NCBI RefSeq assembly: GCF_001017655.1
Contig: NZ_CP010904.1
Location: 2,130,001 to 2,162,000, forward strand
Length of the DNA: 32,000 nt
Source: Kiritimatiella glycovorans
GTDB taxonomy: Bacteria; Verrucomicrobiota; Kiritimatiellia; Kiritimatiellales; Kiritimatiellaceae
Direction of reading: 5' to 3'
Made by a program: the position numbers and the translations under genes. Numbering within the stretch: position 1 is the stretch's first letter; every line of letters begins with the position of its first letter. Below are positions 9,203 through 17,366 of this stretch, piece after piece. The notes under the pieces are model-generated. The model saw only the letters and a program-made list of their open reading frames with translations, did not search any database and had not been told where the DNA came from.

Positions 9203-9346
9203 CAGCGATTCTCATTATGGCTTCACCCTTTTCGGTCGGGGTGGCACCCGACCCTCCCAGTGCCCGAAAATGCGTCGGATATCGACTCGGGAGGGACGGC
9301 TGCCACGCCGTCCGCGGTCGGAATGCGGCCATAATGAGAACTGCTG
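9203..9346. mobile_element. 144-bp MITE-like element with 19-bp terminal inverted repeats, flanked by a 9-bp direct repeat
   Basis: Left end cagcgattctcattatggc (9203-9221) against the reverse complement of the right end cagcagttctcattatggc (9328-9346): 17/19, with the inner 13 bp perfect. It is flanked by identical GGTCTCGCG at 9194-9202 and 9347-9355 (candidate target-site duplication). The interior is highly self-complementary and has no credible ORF. Confidence 0.55.
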
Positions 9347-9371
9347 GGTCTCGCGAAGAAAATAGAACCAT

Positions 9372-9660
9372 TGAAGTTCTTCGTAAATTTTTATGGTGAG
9401 CGGCGGCAAGTCCGCTCGCGTCACATCGTACTCGTACTCGTACTCAGCGAAGCGGTACTCGTACTCGAATTCCTTGAATCGAGGAAGTGGGATCGCGCCT
9501 TCGGCGCTCCGAGTACGCGTACGAGTACGAGTACGAGTAAGAGTACGAATTATGTTCACCCCCTCAACCCGCCTTCATGCTCTTCATGTGAAGGCAGGGA
9601 TTCTGCTGGACAGCAGAAGGCCGTCCGCGCTCCACCACAAAAATCTGCGAAGAACCTTCA
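9372..9660 (+). repeat. Copy B (most complete) of the dispersed hairpin-element family; ~28-bp imperfect terminal inverted repeats and a ~120-nt (GTACTC)n/(GAGTAC)n hairpin
   Basis: Ends tgaagttcttcgtaaatttttatggtga (9372-9399) and the rc of 9632-9660 (tgaaggttcttcgcagatttttgtggtgg). Arms cgtactcgtactcgtactc (9427-9445) plus ggtactcgtactcg (9453-9466) pair with gagtacgcgtacgagtacgagtacgagta (9511-9539). The apex contains gcgccttcggcgc. Confidence 0.75.
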
Positions 9661-9696
9661 TTGAGTGAACACCGGGGGCTCTCCTATAGTGCCCGT

Positions 9697-9981
9697 ATGC
9701 CGTGGCTGAGTCAGACGGACGACGGGGTCGTGCTTCGTGTACGCGTAAGCCCGCGGTCCTCTAAAACGGGCGTACAGGGCGAATACGGAGATGAACTCAA
9801 AATCCGCCTTCAGTCGCCGCCGGTGGACGGCAAGGCCAACAAGGCCCTGCTCAAATTCCTGGCGGAAAAACTGGGCACGGCGCCGGGGTGCCTTGAGCTG
9901 CGATCCGGAGAGCGCGGCCGGTCCAAACGCATCCTTGTGCGGGGCCTCGGGTGCGAGGACATACGCAGGAAACTGACTTAG
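9697..9981 (+). CDS. yggU: DUF167 / YggU-family protein
   Basis: Start taken at ATG 9697 (MPWLSQTDDGVVLRVRVSPRSSK...). The motif PPVDGKANKALLKFLAEKLG is characteristic of YggU. 94 aa. Confidence 0.85.
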   Translation: MPWLSQTDDGVVLRVRVSPRSSKTGVQGEYGDELKIRLQSPPVDGKANKALLKFLAEKLGTAPGCLELRSGERGRSKRILVRGLGCEDIRRKLT

Positions 9982-9984
9982 AGC

Positions 9985-10236
9985 TCAATGCTTGTGATCG
10001 GTGGCGTCGATCACCTCGGTAATCTCGGGGATCTGTTCGCGCAGAATCTTTTCGATCCCGCCCTTCATCGTCATCCGCGCGCCCATGCAGCCCTTGCAGC
10101 CGCCGAGCAGTTCGACGTAGACCTTCCCGTCTTCAACTTTAACGATCTTCGCGCCGCCTCCGTGCATGCCCAGCGAAGGGTTGATCGTCTCGCGGTTGAT
10201 CTGCTGCACCTTTTCATAGATTTCTTCGTCGGTCAT
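9985..10236 (-). CDS. NifU-like (Nfu-type) Fe-S cluster scaffold/carrier domain protein
   Basis: 83 aa. INPSLGMHGGGAKIVKVEDGKVYVELLGGCKGCMGARMT is the NifU C-terminal domain with its CxxC pair. GGGAGG RBS upstream. Confidence 0.85.
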   Translation of the reverse strand: MTDEEIYEKVQQINRETINPSLGMHGGGAKIVKVEDGKVYVELLGGCKGCMGARMTMKGGIEKILREQIPEITEVIDATDHKH

Positions 10237-10285
10237 AATACCTCCCGCTTGCCATGGTCGGGGGAAATCGCTCTCCCCCTCCCCC

Positions 10286-10369
10286 TGCCTCTGCCTCTTA
10301 CTCTAACTCTGATTCTGATTCTGCCTCTGCCTCTGACTCTGACTCTGACTCTGATTCTGACTCTGCCTC
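10286..10369 (+). repeat. Hexanucleotide microsatellite, 14 units of CTNNYT (CTGCCT/CTGACT/CTGATT/CTTACT/CTAACT)
   Basis: Counted directly: 14 contiguous in-phase hexamers from 10286 to 10369. Short relatives occur at 4385-4400 and 21404-21412. Confidence 0.95.
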
Positions 10370-10378
10370 CCCCTGTCC

Positions 10379-10600
10379 TCTTACTCAGGTCTCAGGTTTC
10401 AGGTCTCTCACTCAAACCTCCCCCCTCTTACTCAGGTCTCAGGTTTCAGGTCTCTCACTCAAACCTCCCCCCTCTTACTCAGGTCTCAGGTTTCAGGTCT
10501 CTCACTCAAACCTCTCCCCCTCTTACTCAGCCATCAGGTCTCAGGTTTCAGGTTTCAGGTCTCTCACTCTCTCCTGCCTGCTCAGGTTTCTCACTCAACC
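10379..10600 (+). repeat. 47-bp tandem repeat (3 near-perfect units plus a longer degenerate fourth), each containing three YTCAGGT heptamers
   Basis: Units ctcttactcaggtctcaggtttcaggtctctcactcaaacctccccc start at 10379, 10426, 10473 and ~10521. A related single module lies at 21417-21451. Confidence 0.9.
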
Positions 10601-11270
10601 CGTTCAGCTTCCTGCGCAGGGCGCCGAGGGCGAGGGCGAGCAATGCGATGCCGGCGATCACCGCCCCCCACCAGCCCATGAGCGAGAGCGTAGTCATGAT
10701 AATACCGGAGATGAGCACACCGAGAAAGATCGAGAGCATGGCGTGACGGAACGAGAGGCCCATCAGGAACGCCGCGACCGCCCCGGTCCATCCTCCGGTC
10801 ACCGGGAGGGGAATCGACACGAATACGGTCAGCCCCAGCGTCTCGTATTTCTCGATCGACGCACTTTTGCGCCGGGTCCGCGCGAACAGCCAGTCGAAGA
10901 AGGTCTTCCCGGCGGGAAAGCGCATCAGCCACCGCGATACAGGTCCCAGCAGGAGAAGGATGAACGGGACCGGCAGCATGTTGCCGGCGACCGACAGCGC
11001 GTAGATCTTGACGGAAGCCGCAGCCCGCGCGGGCCCCGCGAGGGACGGGACGTCCATCAGGACGTGGCCCGCCGGCACGGCGCCGCGGAGTTCCACGATC
11101 GGCAGCGTCGCGATACCGAAGATCACGACCTCCTCCGGCAGCCCCGCCTCCTCCAGGCCGAGGGCCAGGCGTTCTCCGATCGACGCGTGCTCCCCGGACG
11201 GCGAAGGCGCGGCTTCCGTACTCAGGGCCGCGCACACGAGGCATAAGGCCAGCCATATCGCGCGCATCAT
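10548..11270 (-). CDS. Small multidrug export (COG2426 / Sm_multidrug_ex) family membrane protein with N-terminal signal-like extension
   Basis: Start MMRAIWLALCLVCAAL overlaps the upstream GT2 stop in ATGA. The core IVELRGAVPAG...AGNMLPVPFILLLL...IPLPVTGGWTGA fits the family as I recall it. The C-terminal tail SEKPEQAGESERPET is encoded by the heptamer repeat module. Confidence 0.7.
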   Translation of the reverse strand: MMRAIWLALCLVCAALSTEAAPSPSGEHASIGERLALGLEEAGLPEEVVIFGIATLPIVELRGAVPAGHVLMDVPSLAGPARAAASVKIYALSVAGNMLPVPFILLLLGPVSRWLMRFPAGKTFFDWLFARTRRKSASIEKYETLGLTVFVSIPLPVTGGWTGAVAAFLMGLSFRHAMLSIFLGVLISGIIMTTLSLMGWWGAVIAGIALLALALGALRRKLNGLSEKPEQAGESERPET

Positions 11271-11989
11271 GAACTCCAGAGGGTTTCGCCGGGCGCGAAG
11301 CCCTTCTGACGCCGGCGGTGGCGTTGGACGATCGAAAAGAAGCGCAGCGTATCCCGCACGGGTCTCACCCTGCTGGGTTCGCCCTCGTAAATAGAACTGA
11401 TCCGCACGTTGTCCATCCGGATGCGGCGGGAGGCCATATTGAGCAGCATCTCGAATTCGGCACCGAAGCGGTCGTCCTCGGACTGGATGTAGGGGAGTAC
11501 ATCGGCACGGTAGAAGCGGAACCCGCACGGGGGATCCGGCAGATACACGCCGGTGGTTTTACGCAGGCTGTGGCTCATGAAACGGTTCACGGTGCGTCGA
11601 TAGAGGGGCATCGGTCCCGGCGCCGCCATGCGGTTGCCAATCAGCGCGGGGATACCGGTCCGGCGGTACGCCTCGAGGAAAAGCGGGATCTCGCCCGGAT
11701 CGTGCTGCCCGTCGCCGTCGAGCGTGATCACGGCGTCGCACTCCGCATCGCGGATACGGTCGAACCCCGCGCGCAGCGCGGCGCCCTTGCCGCGGTTGGA
11801 CTCGAACCGGATCACCTCGGCCCCGGCCTCCTCCGCCCGGCGCGAGGTGGCGTCTTCAGAGCCGTCGTCGACCACAATGACATTCAAACCGCGGGCCCGG
11901 GCACCTTCCACAACCTCCGCGATGCGCCGCTCTTCGCGGAAGGCGCAGATCACGGCATACACATGTTCGAGTGTGCGGGCGCGGACCAT
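11267..11989 (-). CDS. GT2-family glycosyltransferase
   Basis: Start at MVRARTLEHVYAVICAF (ATG 11989), 1 nt after the lipA stop. Motifs VVDDGSEDAT, NRGKGAAL and LDGDGQHDP are present. Confidence 0.85.
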   Translation of the reverse strand: MVRARTLEHVYAVICAFREERRIAEVVEGARARGLNVIVVDDGSEDATSRRAEEAGAEVIRFESNRGKGAALRAGFDRIRDAECDAVITLDGDGQHDPGEIPLFLEAYRRTGIPALIGNRMAAPGPMPLYRRTVNRFMSHSLRKTTGVYLPDPPCGFRFYRADVLPYIQSEDDRFGAEFEMLLNMASRRIRMDNVRISSIYEGEPSRVRPVRDTLRFFSIVQRHRRRQKGFAPGETLWSS

Positions 11990-11990
11990 A

Positions 11991-12899
11991 TCAGTGTCCC
12001 TCTCTGCGCGCACGGGAGACGGTCTCCCACATCTCACGCGCCTGGTAGGAGGACCGGACCATCGGCCCGGAGGCCACGGCCTCGAAACCGCACTCGTGCG
12101 CGCGGCGGGCCCATTCCTCGAAACGCTCCGGCGGCACGAACCGCTGGACCGGCGCGTGCCCGCGCGTCGGCGCGAGGTACTGGCCCAGCGTGAGCGCCCG
12201 GCAGCCTGCGGCGTGCAGGTCGCGCAGCGATTGCCCGATCTCCGCGTCGGTCTCTCCGAGCCCGAGCATCAGGCCCGACTTTACGAGCACGGCTTCGCCT
12301 CCGCGCTCCGCGGCCGCGCGCAGCACGTCGAGTGAACACCCGTAAGAGGCCTCCGGACGCAGGGCGGGCTGGAGGCGTTCGACCGTCTCGAGGTTGTGGT
12401 TGAAGACCTCGGGGCCGGCGTCGATGACGCGGTCCACGCAGGCGCGGTCGCCTCCGAAATCCGGGGTGAGCACTTCCACGGTGACGCCGCCGGGCTCGTG
12501 CAGCCGCTCGATCGTACGCGCGAAAAGATCCGCGCCGCCGTCCGGGAGGTCGTCGCGCGTCACACTGGTCACCACCACGTGGCGCAGGTTCAAGCGCCGC
12601 GCCGCCTCCGCCACGCGCTCCGGTTCATCAGCCTGCGGCGGCGACTCCGGCCCGTGGGCCACTGCGCAGAATCTGCAGTTGCGCGTACAGCGGTCCCCGA
12701 GAATCATGAACGTGGCCGTGCCTCCGCTCCAGCACTCGTGCCGGTTCGGGCACTGCGCACTCCCGCACACGGTATGGAGTCCGAGTTCACTAAGGACCGC
12801 ACTCACACCCCGGTAGGCGTGCGCGGTGCGCAGCGGACGCCGGAACCACTCCGGCAGCCGCCCGTGCCCGGTCTCTTCCTGCCTGGTGCTACGCGTCAT
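11991..12899 (-). CDS. lipA: Lipoyl synthase
   Basis: Both cluster motifs are present: CGSAQCPNRHEC (auxiliary cluster region) and the radical-SAM CTRNCRFC. 302 aa. Confidence 0.95.
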   Translation of the reverse strand: MTRSTRQEETGHGRLPEWFRRPLRTAHAYRGVSAVLSELGLHTVCGSAQCPNRHECWSGGTATFMILGDRCTRNCRFCAVAHGPESPPQADEPERVAEAARRLNLRHVVVTSVTRDDLPDGGADLFARTIERLHEPGGVTVEVLTPDFGGDRACVDRVIDAGPEVFNHNLETVERLQPALRPEASYGCSLDVLRAAAERGGEAVLVKSGLMLGLGETDAEIGQSLRDLHAAGCRALTLGQYLAPTRGHAPVQRFVPPERFEEWARRAHECGFEAVASGPMVRSSYQAREMWETVSRARREGH

Positions 12900-12911
12900 A
12901 GGCCGTCCCGG

Positions 12912-15593
12912 TCAGGCGTTCCGCAGCGTGCCGATCAGCCGTTTCAGCTTGCGGCTCTTCTCCTGCAGCTCGCTTTTGCGCTGTTTCTGGGTGTCCACCA
13001 CTTCGCGCGGCGCTTTGTTCAGAAAGTTTTCATTTTCCAGCTTGCGGTTGACGGCCGTGAGCCCCTGTTCAACGGTCTCCAGCTGCTTATGGAGTTTCTG
13101 TATCTCGGCCTCGACATCGACGAGTCCCTCGATCGACATATAGACCGTGCCGAGACGGCTGATTCCGCTGGGCATCGCGCTTTCGGGATGGAATTCGCGG
13201 TCGACGACCACTTCAGCCGCCGGGAGCAGGTCGGCCACCGATCCGCGGTCCTCGTGCAGCATGTCCGCGAAGCGCTCCTGCGACGGGCGCACCCGGAAGG
13301 CCGGTCTCTGCTTCGGCTTGAGATCGTAGTCCGCGCGCAGGGTGCGGCCGACGCGGATGAGATCGTGTTTCGCCTCCACGTACTCGACCGTCGCGCGCCG
13401 GACGCCCCAGGGCTTCATCTCCTCGTATCCGAACGATTCCGGCCACTCGGCCGTCATGATGCTTGAAGACATCGCGGTGTAGCCCATGGCGTGCCAGAGT
13501 TCTTCGGTAAGGAACGGCATGATCGGGTGCAGCAGCCGCAGGGAGGCGCAGAGGACGTAGTGCATGACGCGGATGACGTCCTGCTTGCGCTGTTCGTCCT
13601 CCCCGTAGAACACGGATTTCGAATATTCGACATACCAGTCGCAGAAATTATGCCAGAGGAAGTCGTAGAGCGAGAGCGCGGCATCGTTGAACCGGAAACG
13701 CTCCAGGTTCTCGGACACCGAGGCGATCGTCTCGTTGAGCCGGGCGATGATATGCTGATCGTCCGGCTCCAGCGCCATCTCGTCGAACGGCGGACGGCGC
13801 GGATCGAACGCGGCGCCGTCGTCATTCATCTTCATGAAACGCGCCGCGTTCCAGATCTTGGTGCCGAAATTGCGCCCGATCTCGAATTTCTCGTCCGAGA
13901 GGTACACGTCCTGGCCGGTGGCGGTGAGCATGATCAGACTGAACCGCAGCGCGTCGGCGCTGTAGCGGTCGATGATATCCAGGGGGTCGATGGAATTGCC
14001 GAGGCTTTTGCTCATCTTCACGCCGTCGTCGTCGCGTACCGTCCCGTGGATATAGACGCGGCGGAAGGGGATATCGTCCATGAACTCGAGACCGGACATA
14101 ATCATGCGCGCGACCCAGAAGAAGATGATTTCCGAGGCCGTGACCAGCGTGTCGGTCGGATAGAACTGCTCCAGGTCCCGGCTCTCTTCGGGCCACCCGA
14201 ACACACTGAACGGCCACAGCCACGAAGAGAACCAGGTGTCGAGCACGTCCGGGTCCTGGCGGATCGCGCCGGAAGCGCACTTCGGGCAGACCTCCGGCGT
14301 GCCGCGGTCGGCCCAGACGTGGTCGCAGTCGTCGCAGTAGAACACCGGGATCCGGTGCCCCCACCAGATCTGGCGCGAGATACACCAGTCCCGGATGTTC
14401 GTCATCCAGTCCAGGTAGACCCGGGTCCAGCGTTCGGGGGTGAACTTGATGCGGCCGTCCTTGACGGCTTCGATCGCGGGACGCGCCAGCGGTTTCATCC
14501 GCACGAACCACTGCGGGGAGAGGCGGGGTTCGACCATCGTATCGCAGCGGTAGCAGTGCCCGATCGAGTGATCGTGTTCTTCGACTTTCTCCAGCAGGTT
14601 CTGTTCCTCGAGGTCTTTCAGGAGCTGCTCGCGGCACGCGAAACGGTCCATGCCCGCATACGGGCCGGCGGTCTCCGCCATCGTCCCGTCGTCCTCCATC
14701 ACATCGATCGGTTCCAGCTCGTGCCGCACCCCCATCTCGAAATCGTTGGGATCGTGCGCCGGCGTGACCTTGACGACCCCGGTGCCGAACTCGGGGTCGA
14801 CGAAATCGTCGGCGATGATCCTGAGTTCGCGGTTCAGGACCGGGAGCAGCACGGTCTGTCCGACGAGTCCCTCGTAGCGTTCATCGCGCGGGTTCACGGC
14901 CAGGGCGACGTCACCCAGCATCGTCTCCGGCCGGGTGGTGGCGACCCGCAGCCGCTTTTTGGATCCTTTGATCGGGTAGCGGAGATGATAGAGCTTGCCG
15001 TTGACGGGGCGATGCTCGCTCTCCTCGTCGGAGAGGGCGGTCCGGCAGCGGGGGCACCAGTTGATGATGTAGTGGCCGCGATAGATCAGGTTTTTCTCGA
15101 AGAGCCGGCAGAACACCTCCGTCACCGCGCGGCTCAGGCCCTCGTCCATGGTGAACCGTTCCCGGCTCCAGTCGCAGGACGCGCCGAGCTGTTTGAGCTG
15201 GTTGACGATCGTGCCGCCGTACTGATCCTTCCATTTCCAGACCTCTTCGAGGAAACGTTCGCGGCCGAGGTCCTCGCGCGTTTTACCTTCCTTGTGGAGC
15301 TTGCGTTCCACCACATTCTGGGTGGCGATCCCCGCATGGTCCGTACCCGGAACCCAGAGCGCCGCGCGACCCTGCATGCGCCACCAGCGGATCAGGACAT
15401 CCTGGATGGTATTGTTGAGCGCATGCCCCATGTGCAGAATGCCGGTCACATTGGGGGGCGGGATCACGATACAGGCCGGATCGCCCTGCCCCGCACCGGC
15501 CTCGAACAGCCCCTGTTCGCGCCAGTGACGGTACCACCTGGGCTCCACCTGCTTCGGATCGTACGTCTTCGCCATTTCGGTCATAGCCATCAT
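12912..15593 (-). CDS. valS: Valine--tRNA ligase
   Basis: PPPNVTGILHMGHALNNT (HIGH-type), KMSKSLGN and a C-terminal coiled coil. The ORF is open to 15623. Start chosen at the MMAMTEMAKTYDP cluster; the exact start is uncertain (15575-15623). Confidence 0.93.
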   Translation of the reverse strand: MMAMTEMAKTYDPKQVEPRWYRHWREQGLFEAGAGQGDPACIVIPPPNVTGILHMGHALNNTIQDVLIRWWRMQGRAALWVPGTDHAGIATQNVVERKLHKEGKTREDLGRERFLEEVWKWKDQYGGTIVNQLKQLGASCDWSRERFTMDEGLSRAVTEVFCRLFEKNLIYRGHYIINWCPRCRTALSDEESEHRPVNGKLYHLRYPIKGSKKRLRVATTRPETMLGDVALAVNPRDERYEGLVGQTVLLPVLNRELRIIADDFVDPEFGTGVVKVTPAHDPNDFEMGVRHELEPIDVMEDDGTMAETAGPYAGMDRFACREQLLKDLEEQNLLEKVEEHDHSIGHCYRCDTMVEPRLSPQWFVRMKPLARPAIEAVKDGRIKFTPERWTRVYLDWMTNIRDWCISRQIWWGHRIPVFYCDDCDHVWADRGTPEVCPKCASGAIRQDPDVLDTWFSSWLWPFSVFGWPEESRDLEQFYPTDTLVTASEIIFFWVARMIMSGLEFMDDIPFRRVYIHGTVRDDDGVKMSKSLGNSIDPLDIIDRYSADALRFSLIMLTATGQDVYLSDEKFEIGRNFGTKIWNAARFMKMNDDGAAFDPRRPPFDEMALEPDDQHIIARLNETIASVSENLERFRFNDAALSLYDFLWHNFCDWYVEYSKSVFYGEDEQRKQDVIRVMHYVLCASLRLLHPIMPFLTEELWHAMGYTAMSSSIMTAEWPESFGYEEMKPWGVRRATVEYVEAKHDLIRVGRTLRADYDLKPKQRPAFRVRPSQERFADMLHEDRGSVADLLPAAEVVVDREFHPESAMPSGISRLGTVYMSIEGLVDVEAEIQKLHKQLETVEQGLTAVNRKLENENFLNKAPREVVDTQKQRKSELQEKSRKLKRLIGTLRNA

Positions 15594-15641
15594 CCCGCTG
15601 AAGTTCGCCCGCCCCGCACGCATTCGGAGCGGAACAGAGGT

Positions 15642-17246
15642 TCACGCTCCGCCGCCGCCCTCGGGGCCGCTCTCTTCCTCCAGGAAGAGCTTGTACTCCA
15701 CGCTGTCCACGAGCGCCTCCCAGGAGGCCTCGATGATATTCTCCGAGACCCCGACGGTACCCCAGACGCGCCGGCCGTCGCCCGATTCGATCAGCACCCG
15801 CGTGCGCGCGGCCGTGGCCTCCTCCGGATCGAGGATGCGGACCCGATAGTCCTTGAGCACCACGTCTGCGATCGAAGGGTAGAAACGCATCAGCGCCTTG
15901 CGCAGCGCCTGGTTGAGCGCGTCCACCGGACCGTCGCCCTCGCCCACGGTGAACTCCGTCTCCCCGCCGACGTTCACCTTGACGGTGGCCTCCGACATGC
16001 AGGGCTCGCTCTTGCTCCGCTTCTCGACCATCACCCGGAAGGCCTCGAGATCGAAAAAGGTCTTGTGCGACTTGAGCACCTTCTTGATGAGCATCTGGAA
16101 CGAGGCATCGGCCGACTCGTATTCGTAGCCTTCGCGTTCGAGCTTTTCGAGCTGCTTGAGCACCTCGCGCACCTCGGGCGACTTGCGGTCGACATCAATC
16201 CCCATCTCCACGGCTTTGAGAAAGACGTTGCTCGCGCCCGAGAGCTCGGAGATCAGGACGCGGCGCTGGGCCCCCACCTTTTCCGGTTCGATATGCTCGA
16301 AGCTCGCCGGGACCTTGCGCACGCCGTCGACGTGCATCCCCGCCTTGTGCGCGAAGGCGTCGTCGCCCACGTAGGGCGCTTTGGGATAGGGACGCATGTT
16401 GGCCTCTTCCCACATGAAGCGGGCCAGCGATTTGAGGTGGCGGAGCGATGCTTCGCCGCACAGACAGTCGCAGCCCATCTTGTAGAACAGCGCGGGCGCG
16501 ATCGATACGAGGTTGGCGTTGCCGCACCGCTCGCCGATCCCGTTGATCGTTCCCTGGACGTGGGTGGCTCCGGCGCGCACCCCGGCGAGGCTGTTGGCCA
16601 CACCGAGTTCGGCGTCGTTATGCGCGTGCACGCCCAGCGGCGTCGTGCAGGCCTCCGCCACCGCCTCGGTGACGGCATGGATCTCCTCGGGGAGCGACCC
16701 CCCGTTCGTATCGCAGAGCACCAGACGGTCGGCCCCGCCCTCTTCCGCGGCCTTGAGCGTCTTCAGGGCGTACCCGGGATCGTCCCTGTACCCGTCATAG
16801 AAGTGCTCGGCATCGTAGATCACCTCGCGGCCCTGTTCCTTGAGGAAGCGGACCGAGTCGCGGATCATCGCCAGATTCTCGTCCTCCGTGGTACACAGGA
16901 CCTCGCGCACGTGCAACAGCCAGCTCTTGCCGAAAATCGTGCAGACGGGCGTCTGCGCCTCGATCAGCGCCTGCAGACCGCGGTCCTCGGACGCGGCGGT
17001 ATGCGCGCGCCGCGTGCTCCCGAACGCCGCCAGGCGGGCGTGACTCAAGCCCTCCTCGCGCAGCCGCCGGAAGAACTCCATGTCCTTGGGATTCGACGCC
17101 GCGTACCCGCCCTCGATCACATCGATGCCGAATTCATCGAGGCGGCGGGCGATGCGCAGCTTGCCCACCAGCGAAAACGATACGCCGGCGGCCTGCTCGC
17201 CGTCGCGCAGCGTCGTGTCATAGATTTCAATGCGTTGCTTGTTCAT
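15642..17246 (-). CDS. cimA: Citramalate synthase / 2-isopropylmalate synthase family protein (CimA-type length and N-terminus)
   Basis: Start MNKQRIEIYDTTLRDGEQAAGVSFS (ATG 17246). HxH region GVHAHNDAELGVANSLAG. 534 aa with a LeuA-dimer-type C-terminal domain. Assignment to CimA rather than LeuA is by resemblance only. Confidence 0.7.
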   Translation of the reverse strand: MNKQRIEIYDTTLRDGEQAAGVSFSLVGKLRIARRLDEFGIDVIEGGYAASNPKDMEFFRRLREEGLSHARLAAFGSTRRAHTAASEDRGLQALIEAQTPVCTIFGKSWLLHVREVLCTTEDENLAMIRDSVRFLKEQGREVIYDAEHFYDGYRDDPGYALKTLKAAEEGGADRLVLCDTNGGSLPEEIHAVTEAVAEACTTPLGVHAHNDAELGVANSLAGVRAGATHVQGTINGIGERCGNANLVSIAPALFYKMGCDCLCGEASLRHLKSLARFMWEEANMRPYPKAPYVGDDAFAHKAGMHVDGVRKVPASFEHIEPEKVGAQRRVLISELSGASNVFLKAVEMGIDVDRKSPEVREVLKQLEKLEREGYEYESADASFQMLIKKVLKSHKTFFDLEAFRVMVEKRSKSEPCMSEATVKVNVGGETEFTVGEGDGPVDALNQALRKALMRFYPSIADVVLKDYRVRILDPEEATAARTRVLIESGDGRRVWGTVGVSENIIEASWEALVDSVEYKLFLEEESGPEGGGGA

Positions 17247-17366
17247 CGACTCACCCTCCCGACGCATCGGCCGTCCCGGACCGCTTCCCCGCCGCCCTGT
17301 CGCAGAACAGCGGCACGGGACGCCGCGCACACGGCGCGACTGGAAAGATTCAACTCCTCCGGCGGG

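Noticed and set aside
9106-9370. ZTP (pfl) or THF riboswitch in the folD leader
   Set aside because: The context fits, but I could not find the conserved CCGCCTGGGC-type 3' element or the other core motifs on either strand. The TIR plus 9-bp direct-repeat architecture explains the long closing helix better.
9982-9984. Convergent yggU and nfu stops only 3 nt apart, raising the question of a shared bidirectional terminator
   Set aside because: No hairpin or T-run is available in or around the 3-nt gap, so nothing can be supported from the sequence.
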